Assembly: GCA_002104945.1 (NCBI GenBank)
Contig: MCFH01000033.1
Location: 530,715-594,714 of the forward strand
Source: Piromyces finnis finn
Lineage: Eukaryota > Fungi > Neocallimastigomycota
Length of the DNA: 64,000 bases
Direction: 5' to 3'
The position numbers and the translations under genes were made by a program. Below are positions 17,133 to 29,316 of this stretch, in pieces; within the stretch, counting starts at the first letter, position 1, and each line of letters opens with the position of its first letter. Under the pieces are notes generated by a model that saw only the letters and a list, made by a program, of their open reading frames with translations, ran no database searches and was not told the origin of the DNA.

Positions 17133-19584
17133 ATGGAATACCTAGATTCATTAACAGATAATCAAAAAGAAATTTTAGAATCTTTTCAAAATCTTTCTGG
17201 AGAAGATGATTTAGAAAAAACTATAAAGTTATTACAAAGATTCAATTGGGATTTAGAGGTTTATATTAAATGCCAATAAACATTATTAATATTAACATTA
17301 ATATTATTATACATAAAAGAAAAAGAAAGAAAGAAAGAAAAAAATTAACAGATTTTATTTAAATGAAATAATTACTAGAAAACTTATCAATACTATGTTG
17401 GTGGTGAATTAAATGAAAGTTATATCCCAACATCATCTAATAATGTAGGAAATAATGCTAGAAGGAATAGTCGTCGTCAACAAAGCACTAATAATAATAA
17501 CAATGACCATCCAATTGTAATTATTTTATTTTATTATTAATATGAATTTTTTAAATATGAAATAATTAAAGTATAAATTCTTTGAACAATTCTATATATA
17601 AATAGGGTAAACTTATCGAATTAATCTTTTCACCAGTTCGTGTTGCTTTATCTATTATTAAATATATACGTAAATATTTATATATTTATATATTTTTTTT
17701 TTTTTTGTATATCAATAATACTGATGATTAATGATATATTGAATTTGAATTTAAAATTCTAATAATGTTTATTGTTTATTATTATAAACTATTGTTTCAC
17801 TCATAAAATGAACAACAACAAAAACAATAACTTTTTATTATATTATTTAAAGTTAATCTTTTCCCAGATTCCTTCAGAAAATTAATAGAAGGACCAGACT
17901 CAAAAAATGAAAGACTAACTTGTGCCGAAAAATTTATACAATATTTTGAATCTAATTATGGTGAAAAACACCCAGAATTTTATAAAGGAACATATAAACA
18001 AGTAAAAATTGAAAATAAATAAAATTTTATGTGTATATCAATTAATGATACCATAATTATTTTTTAATAGATATTAATTTCTATATAATTTCTTTATTTA
18101 AAATAGGCTTTATTAGATATAAGAGATAATTACCAATTTTTAATTGTTATAATTAATTCACCAGAACATGATGATACTCCAGATTTTTGCAAGTAAATAA
18201 TTTATATTTAATAATATTTATATTTTATATTTTTAATTTAATATTGCTTTGATTTTCTTTGCTTATTTATTTTTTTATAAATATTCTAAATCTCAAAAAC
18301 GTGTAGAAATGTATTAGCTTCAGATGCTTTTATTAACTTTGTAAATGAAAACAATTTTGTTGTATGGGGTGGATCTGTGAATGATACCGAAGGTTATAAA
18401 GGTATAATAAATAAAACTATTATAATATTTAAATTTATTAATATGCAATGATAAATACCTAAAATTATATAATCTCTTGCAATTTATCTATAACAAAGTA
18501 AATAATGTATTTGGTGCAACTACATATCCATTTATTGGTTTAGTTGGTCACCAAAGAAAAAGAGCAATTATTGCTGAAAAAGTTGAAGGTACTAAATTAT
18601 AAATTATTATTATTATTATTTTTAAACCAATCTTATTTAATTATTATTTTATTATATTTATTTTTATTTTTAATTTAATACAGGACTCTGCCCAGTTGAA
18701 GAAGTTATTGATAAGATTAATCAAAAATACCAACAATTATCTGTTCAACTTCAAGCTGAAAAGGCTGAAGAGTAAATATATATTTATTTAAAATAATATT
18801 TAATGATGATATTAAATATAATTATATTTAAAAATATAAATTAGACGTGAAAGAGAACTTTCTCGTATTATAAGGCAAGAACAAGAATCTGCTTATGAAG
18901 AATCTTTAAGAAAAGATCGTGAAAGAGTAAATAGATATAATTTTTGATTAAATATTATGTATATTATTCTCTAAAAAAAAAAAAAAAAAACTTCGTTAAA
19001 ATTAAAAATTAATATATATATATATATATATATAAATAATAGGAAAGAAAAGAGAAAGAAGAACGTGAAAGAAAGCAACGTGAAGAAGAATTAGCTAAAC
19101 AAAAACAACTTGAATATGAAAGAAAGGTTGAAGAAAAGAAGCTCTATAAACAAAAGCTTGCTGCTAGTCTTCCACCAGAACCAAATGATGATGAATGTGA
19201 AACAGCTCAATTATCTATTCGTTTCCCAGACGGTAGTAGAGTTATTCGTAGTTTCAGAGCTGATGATAAATTACAAGTAAGTTTTTATATCTATGCCTTA
19301 TTAAAAAATAAAAAAAAATTTATTTTCAAATTTTATTTTTAATTTTTATTAAATATACTCTTTTTTATTAAATATACCTTTCTTCACTGTAGGTTGTATA
19401 TGACTTTGTAGAATCTAAGGATTTAGATCCATTTGATATTTTATCTGAAATTACTTTAGTAAATACATTCCCAAGAAAAGAATATATAGACAAAGATCAA
19501 ACTTTAGAAGCTCTTGGTCTTTGTCCAAATGCAAGTTTAATTGTAGAAGAAAAAGATGAAGAAGATGAAGAAGATGAAGAATAA
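17133..19584 (+). CDS. UBX-domain Cdc48/p97 adaptor, FAF2/UBXD8-like (UBA-UAS-coiled coil-UBX)
   Basis: ~11 short exons. UBA-like ILESFQNLSGEDDLEKTIKLLQRFNWDLE; UAS FFE..YGEKHPEFYKGTY..FVVWGGSV..ATTYPFIGL; coiled coil RQEQESAYEESLRKDRER; UBX QLSIRFPDGSRVIRSFRADD..VYDFV..TFPRKEY..TLEALGLCPNASLIVEE. Stop 19582-19584. Confidence 0.88.
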
Positions 19585-20160
19585 TTATCTATTTGAATTT
19601 TTTTATACAAATATCCAAATAATAAATTAAAAAAAAAATTGCAAATATTCGATAAAAATAAAAAAAAAAAAAAAAGAATGTATAGTTTTTAAAATTGAAT
19701 AAAAAACAAAATAAAATAATAATAGAGTACTCTTTTTTTTTTTTTTTTTTTTTTTTATTAATTTTTTATATTTAATTTAAAAAATTTTTATTTTGATAAT
19801 CAAATATGTAGTTATAATAATTATAAAGTTATCTTTGTATATAAATGATATTATTGAATTAAAAGAAAATTTAATAAAAAAAAAAAAAAAAATAAAAATT
19901 CTTTGAAAAATTTATTAAAAATAAAACAACTTAAATATACCCAGCATTATATTAAACTTGATATGAAAAAAAAGAAAAGAGTTAATATTTTTTTTCGGTT
20001 TCTTTTTTTCTTTTTTTTTTTTCTTTTTTAGAATAAAAAAAAAAGTTAAATATATATATATATGCTATTATTTTAATAACAATCCTTATAGAACATTAAT
20101 AGTTTAAAGAAATAGTTTTTTTTTATTTTTACTTTTTTTTTTTTTTTTTAGTTTTAGTGC

Positions 20161-23100
20161 TTATTCTTCAAAACTGTCATCACTATTATTATCAGATTCA
20201 TTATCGGTAGCTCCGTGTTGAATTAATAAATCTATGATAGCATAGTTTTTCTTATATTTGGCAATAGATAAAGCAGTTTCACCTTGGTTACTTTCAATAT
20301 CAAATTTTACGTTTTTATCGAGGAGAAGTTTTACAATACTTTCATGTTCGTTGAAACATGCCATCATAAGAGCAGTGTTACCATCTGTATTCTTGTTATC
20401 TAATTCAATTTTTTCCTTTTCTATATTAAGTAACATTTCAACAATAGCTTGGTAACCATTGAAACAAGCCATCATTAATGGGGTATTGTCGTTCTTATCC
20501 TTAACATTTGGATTAGCTCCATGATCTAAAAGATTTTGAGCAATTTTACTATGACCATTGAAACATGCTAAAGTCAAAGCGGTATCGTTTTTCTTATTCA
20601 TGACATTAACATCAGCATTATTTTCTAATAAAAGATCAACAATGCTTCCATAACCACGTTCAGATGCACGGATTAATGCAGTATCATGAATTGCGTTTTT
20701 GATATTAATATTAGAATTGGCTTTAATTAAAGCTTTAACAATGTTAGTATAACCTTTATTACAAGCTAAGATAAGGGCTGTATTCTTAAAGTTATTCATT
20801 TCGTTAACATTTGCACCTCTTTCTAATAAAGCATTAACAATTGATTCGTAACCACTTGCACTTGCAACGATTAAAGCAGTATTACCATATTTATCTAAAG
20901 TATTAACATCAGCATTATGATCTAATAAAAGTTGGACAATTTCCTTATCGCCATTTTGAGAAGCATAAATTAAAGCAGTATTCTTTTTTCTATCTTTAAC
21001 ATTAATATTTCCAATTTGCTTTAATAAAGATTCAATTGTTTTAACTTCTCTCTTTTTAACAGCACTAATAAAAGCCATGTTGTTCTTTTTGTTAATGTTT
21101 TGTAATAATTCAACAATTGGTTCAAAACCTCTTTCAGCAGCAATATCTAAAGCAGTTGAATCTTCAACATTCTTAATATTAACATTAAGTTCCTTATCAT
21201 CAAGAAGAATCTTAACAACATTTTCGTGACCATTAAGACATGCCATCATAAGAGCGGTATTACCATCAATATTTTGGTTGTTAATTTGAAGTGGATTACC
21301 CTTGGCAGCCATTTTTTCCTTAACACTTAAAAGTACTTCAACAACCTTGATATGACCATTGAAACAAGCCATCATTAAAGCAGAATTTTCATTTTCATCT
21401 TTTTCATTAACGTTAACATCATGTTCCAATAACATTTCTACAATTTCTGGGTAACCAATATAACAAGCAAGAGTGAATGCAGAATCATTATTCTTATTCT
21501 TAATGTTAACGTCTGGATTCTTACTTAATAATAATTTGACAACTTCAATGTGTCCATTAGCACTAGCACGGATTAAAGCATTATCGTTCTTAATGTTAAC
21601 AATGTTGACATTAGCATCATACTCGAGAAGAATAGCAGCAATATTGTCTAAACCCTTGTTACTTGCTAATATAAGTGCAGTGTTACCATATTTATTCTTA
21701 GTATTGACATCAGCAGAATTTTCTAATAAATAACGAGTTAATTCTTCATTGCCATTACCAGCAGCAAGAATAATTGGAACATTACCATATTCATCCATAG
21801 CATTAATATTAGCACCGTTTTCAATTAAAATCTTAGCTAATTCATAATCATTAATTTGACAAACATAAACAAGAGCGTTATTGATTTCAATTTGAATTTT
21901 TTCAAGTGGAATTTCCTTCATCTTAGAAAGAGTAGCTTCAACGGTTGGAATATCTCTTTCTTTTATAGCAGTTAAGAATGTAGAGGTATCACCTTCTTTG
22001 ACTAAATGCAATAATTCAACAATATTTTTGTAATCCTTTTCACCAGCAATTTCTAAAGCAGTTTCATCTTCATTATTCTTGATATTAATATTAACATCAC
22101 TATTATTAATTAAAATTTCTACAACCTTTTCATGACCATTGAAGCAAGCCATCATAAGTGCAGTATTACCATCAATATTTTGAGCGTTGACATTAATATT
22201 ATTACCTTTTTTTAATAAAAGTTCTACAATATTCTTGTGACCATTGTAACTTGCCATCATTAATGCAGTATTTTTGTTTTCATCAATAATTTGAAGGTCG
22301 GCATCATGATTTAATAATAATTCAACAATATCTTCATAGCCAATGAAACAAGCTAAAGCCATTGGTGTATCATTTTTCTTGTTAATAACATTAACGTTGG
22401 CATTATTGTTGAGAAGCATTTCAACAATAGTTTTGTGACCGTTAGCACAAGCACGTAAGAGAGCGGTATCTCTTCTTTTATTTTCAATGTTTGGATCAGC
22501 CTTGTTATTAATAAGAAGATCAGCAATTTCTATGTATCCTTTATTACAAGCTAAGATAAGAGCAGTATTTTTGTAGTTATTCATTTTGTTAATTTCAGCG
22601 CCATTTTCAATTAAAAGCTTTACAATTGATTCATGACCATTAGCAGATGATATAATAAGAGCGGTGTTTCCATAGATATCAGTTGCGTCAATGTCTGCTT
22701 CGTTTTCAATTAATAACTTTATAATTTCTTCATTTTCATTTTGACAAGCATAAATAATAGCGGAGTTGCCTTCTTCATCTTTTGCATCAATATCTGATAT
22801 TTTTTGTAATAATTGCTTAACAGTTTCAGTCTTATTATGTTTACTAGCTGAGATAAAGGAAAGAGTACATTTATCATCAATATCTTGTAATAAGTTAGCA
22901 ATACTTTCAAAGTTTCTTTCTTGAGCAATTTCAAGGGCAGTTTCTCCATTTTCATTTTCTAAATTGATATTAGCATTATATTTTAAAAGAGTTTGAACAG
23001 CTTTTTCATGTCCATTGTAGCAAGCCATCATTAATGAAGTATTACCTTCGGTATTACTATTGTTAATGTCAATATCTTTTCCTTCTTTCAATAATAATTC

Positions 23101-23763
23101 GACAATTTTTTCATAACCATTGAAACTAGCCATCATAAGAGTGGTATTATCATTGTAATCCTTAATATTAACATCAGCACCATGCTCTAATAACATTTCT
23201 GCAATTTTATCATTACCATTAAAGCAAACTAATGATAAAGCTGAATCATTTTTTCTGTTAATAGCATTAATATTAATATTACGTTCTAATAACATTTCAA
23301 CAATTTTTTTATGTCCATTTGCACAAGCTCTAATAAGTGCAGTATCGTGTGCTCTATTTTTAATATTTACGTCGGCATTGTACTTTAATAATAATTCAAC
23401 AATAGAAGTGTAACCCTTATTACAGGCGAGAATAAGAGCAGTATTATTATAATGGTTAATTTCATTTACCTTGGCATTGTTTTTTAATAATAATTCAACG
23501 ATATCTCTGAAGCCATTAGCACTAGCAATGATTAAAGGATTATTACCATGTTTATCTACAATATTTATGTTAACATTGAATTCTAATAATAATTCTATAA
23601 TCTTTATTTTTCCTTTTTGACTAGCCCATAATAATGAAGAATTTCCATGTCTATTTTTCTTATTTATTTCATTAATATGTTCATTAAAATATTTTCTAAG
23701 TTCTTCTAAATTTTCACTTTTTAATAATTCTGATAATCCTGAGCTTTTACTTTTGCTTTCCAT
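20161..23763 (-). CDS. Intronless ankyrin-repeat protein, 1200 aa, four ~296-aa modules
   Basis: Continuous GxTALxxAxxNGH repeats across the whole ORF. Confidence 0.95.
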   Translation of the reverse strand: MESKSKSSGLSELLKSENLEELRKYFNEHINEINKKNRHGNSSLLWASQKGKIKIIELLLEFNVNINIVDKHGNNPLIIASANGFRDIVELLLKNNAKVNEINHYNNTALILACNKGYTSIVELLLKYNADVNIKNRAHDTALIRACANGHKKIVEMLLERNININAINRKNDSALSLVCFNGNDKIAEMLLEHGADVNIKDYNDNTTLMMASFNGYEKIVELLLKEGKDIDINNSNTEGNTSLMMACYNGHEKAVQTLLKYNANINLENENGETALEIAQERNFESIANLLQDIDDKCTLSFISASKHNKTETVKQLLQKISDIDAKDEEGNSAIIYACQNENEEIIKLLIENEADIDATDIYGNTALIISSANGHESIVKLLIENGAEINKMNNYKNTALILACNKGYIEIADLLINNKADPNIENKRRDTALLRACANGHKTIVEMLLNNNANVNVINKKNDTPMALACFIGYEDIVELLLNHDADLQIIDENKNTALMMASYNGHKNIVELLLKKGNNINVNAQNIDGNTALMMACFNGHEKVVEILINNSDVNINIKNNEDETALEIAGEKDYKNIVELLHLVKEGDTSTFLTAIKERDIPTVEATLSKMKEIPLEKIQIEINNALVYVCQINDYELAKILIENGANINAMDEYGNVPIILAAGNGNEELTRYLLENSADVNTKNKYGNTALILASNKGLDNIAAILLEYDANVNIVNIKNDNALIRASANGHIEVVKLLLSKNPDVNIKNKNNDSAFTLACYIGYPEIVEMLLEHDVNVNEKDENENSALMMACFNGHIKVVEVLLSVKEKMAAKGNPLQINNQNIDGNTALMMACLNGHENVVKILLDDKELNVNIKNVEDSTALDIAAERGFEPIVELLQNINKKNNMAFISAVKKREVKTIESLLKQIGNINVKDRKKNTALIYASQNGDKEIVQLLLDHNADVNTLDKYGNTALIVASASGYESIVNALLERGANVNEMNNFKNTALILACNKGYTNIVKALIKANSNINIKNAIHDTALIRASERGYGSIVDLLLENNADVNVMNKKNDTALTLACFNGHSKIAQNLLDHGANPNVKDKNDNTPLMMACFNGYQAIVEMLLNIEKEKIELDNKNTDGNTALMMACFNEHESIVKLLLDKNVKFDIESNQGETALSIAKYKKNYAIIDLLIQHGATDNESDNNSDDSFEE

Positions 23764-25455
23764 TTTGTTTTCTATTTAATTTATGAAGTTAATTAAAAAA
23801 TTATTTGTATTAAAAAATAAAAAAAAATTCTATAATGTATAAAACTGGATATAAATTAAAATAAACTACTGTTACGATATGTAATTAATAATAAATATTT
23901 TATTATGTACTTTTTTTAAAATAAATAAAAATTCAATAAAAATTCTATTCTAGATAGTTTTTCAACTTTTTAAAAAGGATCAATTGCTATAATATAAAAA
24001 TTAAGCAATTCCTTTTTTTTTCTTAATTATAATTTTTTTTAAATGCAAAAAAAAAAAAAAAAAAAAGTATATTTTATATTTAATTTTTTTTTTTAAATTT
24101 TAAAAATATCAATTAATTAATATTAATAATATATACTTTTAATTTATTTCAATATAAGTCAATTAATGATGAAATATAATTTTAATATATCAACCCTTAA
24201 TAATTTAAAAAAAAAATGTTTTACAAAAATTTTTTTAAAATTGAATTTGATTGAACAATTCAAAGTATTAACATATTACAATATTTTGAAAATATATGCT
24301 TTAATTGAATTTTTTAAAATAGAAATAAAAAAAATTATATATAATATTTTATTAAAGTACAACAGTACATCATTTTTTTTTTTTACATTAATCAAACTCA
24401 ATCAACACTTTATAATAGAAACAATTATTTTTACCATCATTTTTTTTCAATATAGTATATACTTTACTTTCTTATATTTAAAATAATAATGATTTAAAAA
24501 TTGCTGTTGTATAAAATGTAATAATAATTATATATCTATTTTTTGATAATTTTTTTAAGTTTCTATTACATTGTATTAAAAACAATACAATAACGTATTA
24601 AAGATTTAATTATTTTTTTTTTAAATTTTTAAAATTTTGATAACCAATAAATTTATTAGATTATGTATCACTTTAAAAATTTTAAAAAATAATTAAATTT
24701 TAAAACTAAAGATAAAAAAAAAGAAATAAAAAAAAAAGAAATGAATATAATTTATAAATAAATAAAGAACTATGGTATAAATGTGTATTAATGTATTAAT
24801 AATATCAATATATTATAATCAAGAATTCAGTATTCTTTTAATAATTTTTTAATAATAAAATTCATTATTTTTTTTTACTATTAACTTTTATTTTTTTTAA
24901 GGATAATGAAAATGAGGTTACACAGTCTCTTTAAAAAAAGTTAGTATTTAAACATTTTTAAATTAATAATAACCAAAATATTAATTTGTAAATATTAATA
25001 TTTTAATTTTAAATTTACATTATAAAATTAAAAAGTATGGTTTATATAAAATTATAATTTTTCTTTGTTTTTTAAATATATTATTAATTTGAATTTTTTT
25101 ATATAAACAAAAAAAAGACAATTTTTTATTATATTTATATAAAAATAGTTTTCATTAGATTAGAATTATTTATATGTGTAATAATTATTCGTAGAATAAC
25201 CAAAAAAACAAAATATAAAATATATATTGAGAATATTTTTATTTTCTAAAGTTTTTTTTATACAATGAATTATTAAATAATCTAATTCGGAATAATTAAT
25301 AAACAAATAATATACAATTATATTGTTATTAATGTTGATATGTTAATAAAAACTCATTTGTCTTTAATTTCATATTTTAAAAGGTGCTTTATATTTTTAA
25401 TATAGTTTTTTGATTCTTTATATAATAAACATTAATAATTGTTAAATGTAATACA

Positions 25456-28079
25456 TTAACAATTGCTATTATATCTATTACTTCTAGCAAATGAAGAATC
25501 TACTGTTGCTGATTGTGAATATCCACTAATACTTGTTTTTCTATGATAATCAATAATTTTTTTAGAAAAATTCTTGTTTTTGCTATTGTTGGAGTTTGTA
25601 TCTGATTTCGAATTCGAGTATTTGTTTGAATTAGTACTTTCATTAAACATCCTTATATTATTTATGAAATTTTCATCTTTATTTTTTTGAGTAAAATGTA
25701 AAAATAATCTATATCCATAGATTAAACAGTAATTTGATAATGAAAACATTATATAGATAATTTCATTTAATAAAAAGGAAACAATATAATTTTTATCACC
25801 TAATGATTCTTTAATTATTATGAAAATTATATCTAGAAGATCTAGATAAATGGCTCCACATAAATTTCTAATTTCATAATGAATTTCAATAATATTCCAT
25901 TCAATAAAAATGAATAATAAAAATACAAAAAGTATTAAAACTTTATATAAAATGAATAAAATATAAATGAATTTTCCAAATGTTTCGTTTAATGAACATA
26001 TCTCGAAATTAACATCTCCATTATTTATATTAAATACAAAATTAACTTCATATGGTTTTATGTATGAGAGTCCATCAAGAATCAATTCAATTAAAATAAA
26101 AGTGAATAAAAAGATATATCTATTATTTTTAATCCATGTTGAATATTTATTTTTTTCTGGGAAACAAACAAGTAATTCATATAGAATAGGTATTAAATTT
26201 AATGTAATACCAAATGAAAACATGATCCATTTAAATTGACATTTAAATTTTGATATATCACCATATTCTAGAAAACCAGCACCTAATATTAAGCATAATC
26301 CTAATATTGAAATGAACCAAAAATCTTTTGATAAAAAGTTATAATAATTTTTAAATTTTTTAATATATAGTAATGCAAGTGATAAACCAAATATCATCAT
26401 TAATCCTGATAAAATTCCAATGAATAATAGAGCAAGAGAAGAATTATCATCTTCATTTAACGATATTTTATATATTTTTGAATAATCATTAATTTCATGA
26501 AGTACTTGAGATGCAGTTTTATTTCCATATAAATATTCAAAAACACGTTCTCTAAAATATGTTGAATATATATCATAATCTTTATTTGGTCTATTAATAA
26601 ATTGAATGCTTTTGGCTAATTCACAATTTGTTACTTCACATACTTCTTTATCATTATATAAATCCATTATTCCTGATGACATACCATATGATATTATTAA
26701 TTCTTTTTGAGTTTCTTTCGAGGTTAAAAATTCAATAAAAAGGGCAGCACCTATTTTTCTTTCATCACTTGAAAATAAATTAATACCAATATTTGAACCA
26801 CCAACACAAGATCCAGATATTCCAGGTTTTCCACCTGGTAAACGATATTGTTTATATTTTTTTGTTACCATATAGTTCCAATATTTTAAAAATATAGAAT
26901 TTCCACTATTTAATTTTCCAATTGTATAACCAACAGCTGAATGAAATTCTTCATCTATTTTTCATTTTAATTATATTATTATTATCATATTAATTTGTAA
27001 TTATTTATTAATTTATTATTTTAATGAATCTTACATGTAGATATTCTTTCTTTTATTTCTTTTATTTTTTCTAAAGCTTTTATTGCATTTTCACTTAATA
27101 AATCTGGAAATGGATCATTTTCTTCATTTCTAAAAGAATAAATAAACTCATATGTTGAACTCATTCCCATGGATGCTATTTTAATTTTATAACAATAAAT
27201 ATTAATAATTATTATTTACATAATAAACATTTTAAATATTTAGAATAGTTCAATTGATGTAAAATCATTATATTATTTATAAATTATTACAGTCAAATGC
27301 TCCGTTATATGCTTTTAAATCAGAATTAGGATTTTTCTTTTTTTCTTCTTTAAGAATATATTCAGATGTTTTGATTAAATCATCCCAAGTTTCGGGAACT
27401 TCTTGATTATATTCTTTTAATATTTCTTCATTTACATACAAAGTATTAAAATTTACTTGGACAGGCTAATAAACAATAATTGTATTTCATTATTTTTTTA
27501 ATTAGTTATTAATATCAAGCTTATGTATTTAAATAATGAAATTGTTATAAAAAATTTACCAATCCAACCCATTTATCATTATAGGTACATGTTTCAGAAG
27601 CTATTCCTGAAGAATAGTTATCAATAAGTCCTTTTGGTAACACTGTTTTTAAATCTACTAAATATGGTCCAAATCTTACTGGATAAACATTATCATAAAA
27701 AATAATATCATATTTTCCTTCCTTTTTTTTAAGCATTGTTTCAATTGTTGTTCCATAGTCATTAATTAGCAATGTAGAATTCGCCATTGTTAAAAGATTT
27801 AATTTAACTTCAACATCTAGTCCTTTTTCTTTAGACAAAATGTTAAACCTTTTTATTAAATCTGTGTATTCAAATTCATTGTTATATGTGAATGCAATAG
27901 CATTAACAATATTTTTGCATTCAACTTTTTAATTTTTAATATATTTATGTAATATATTAATATATTAATATATATAAGCTTTAGTAATATTATATACACA
28001 AACATATTATTTATAATTTATATTAATAATTACTTATTTTATATAGTAGTGTTGTTAGAAATATTAATATATATATCAT
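25456..28079 (-). CDS. SBP-GPCR copy A: signal peptide, bacterial-type extracellular solute-binding domain, class C-like 7TM
   Basis: Exons 28079-28034, 27924-27560, 27465-27291, 27175-27035, 26954-25456. Signal MIYILIFLTTLLYKI; SBP motifs YDIIFYDN, PETWDDL, GGKPGISGSCVGGSNIGIN; seven hydrophobic segments in the last exon. Confidence 0.85.
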
Positions 28080-28239
28080 TTTAAAAATTCATTAAAATAA
28101 TTTTTAATTATTTAAATCAATTCTTTTTTGTATGATTTTAAGATAAAATTTATTTATTTTGTTTTTAGAATAAACTTTTTATAAAATATATATATAAAAA
28201 AAACTATATTTAAATTTGATGATATGTAGTTTTAATATA

Positions 28240-28265
28240 TTACTATTACTATTACTATTATTATT

Positions 28266-28296
<31 letters not shown>

Positions 28297-28299
28297 CTA

Positions 28300-28349
<50 letters not shown>

Positions 28350-28506
28350 TACTATTACTATTACTATTACTATTACTATTACTATTACTATTACTATTAC
28401 TATTACTATTACTATTACTATTACTATTACTATTACTATTACTATTACTATTACTATTACTATTACTATTACTATTACTATTACTATTACTATTACTATT
28501 ATTATT

Positions 28507-28581
<75 letters not shown>

Positions 28582-28630
28582 TATTATTATCATTATTATT
28601 ATTATTATCAATTATTATTATTATTATCTA
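28240..28630. repeat. Compound (TTA)n/(TTACTA)n microsatellite
   Basis: TTA runs flank a ~150-bp ATTACT hexamer core; source of the spurious poly-I/T/Y/N ORFs. Confidence 0.95.
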
Positions 28631-29316
28631 TATTATATGGAATTGATATTTTATATATTAATAAACTATTTTTATCCAATTGTCATATATATATATTTTA
28701 TTTTTATAATATTTAAAATTAAAATCATCAAGATTATATATTTAATTTTCCTTTTTTTCCTATATTAATTTGTAATAAGGGTAAATGGTCAGGTCATATT
28801 TAAAACTTTTTGTAAGATTCTCCATTTATTAATTATTTATTTTATATGAACTATTGGACTTAGTTTAAATGTACTATTTATTATTTTTTTATTGTTTATA
28901 ATTTTCTATAATTATTATTTTTATTATTAATATTACATAACAATAGTATTAAGTATATAATTTTCTTATATTTAATAAATTAAAAATTACTATATATTTT
29001 TTCCATAAAATAATTATCTATTTTCATTTTAACTATAGATTATACGTTTATCTTTTAACACTATTTAAAATAATATATTTAGTAATATAATAATATATTT
29101 TTTAGCTGCACATTTTTATTATTTTAAAAAAAAGAAAATTTCAATTTTTTTTTACATTTAAAATTAAGATTAATATTACTATAAAATTTAATTTATTATA
29201 ATTGTAAAATAGTAATTTTTTATTTTATGGAAAATTTATAAAAAGCAATTAAACATATATATTATGTATTTGTATATATTATAATTTTAATATAACGGAT
29301 TATTTTTCAAATATAT

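Noticed and set aside
24166-24486. 106-aa ORF
   Set aside because: F/I/K/N-rich composition expected from random AT-rich DNA; no homology signal.
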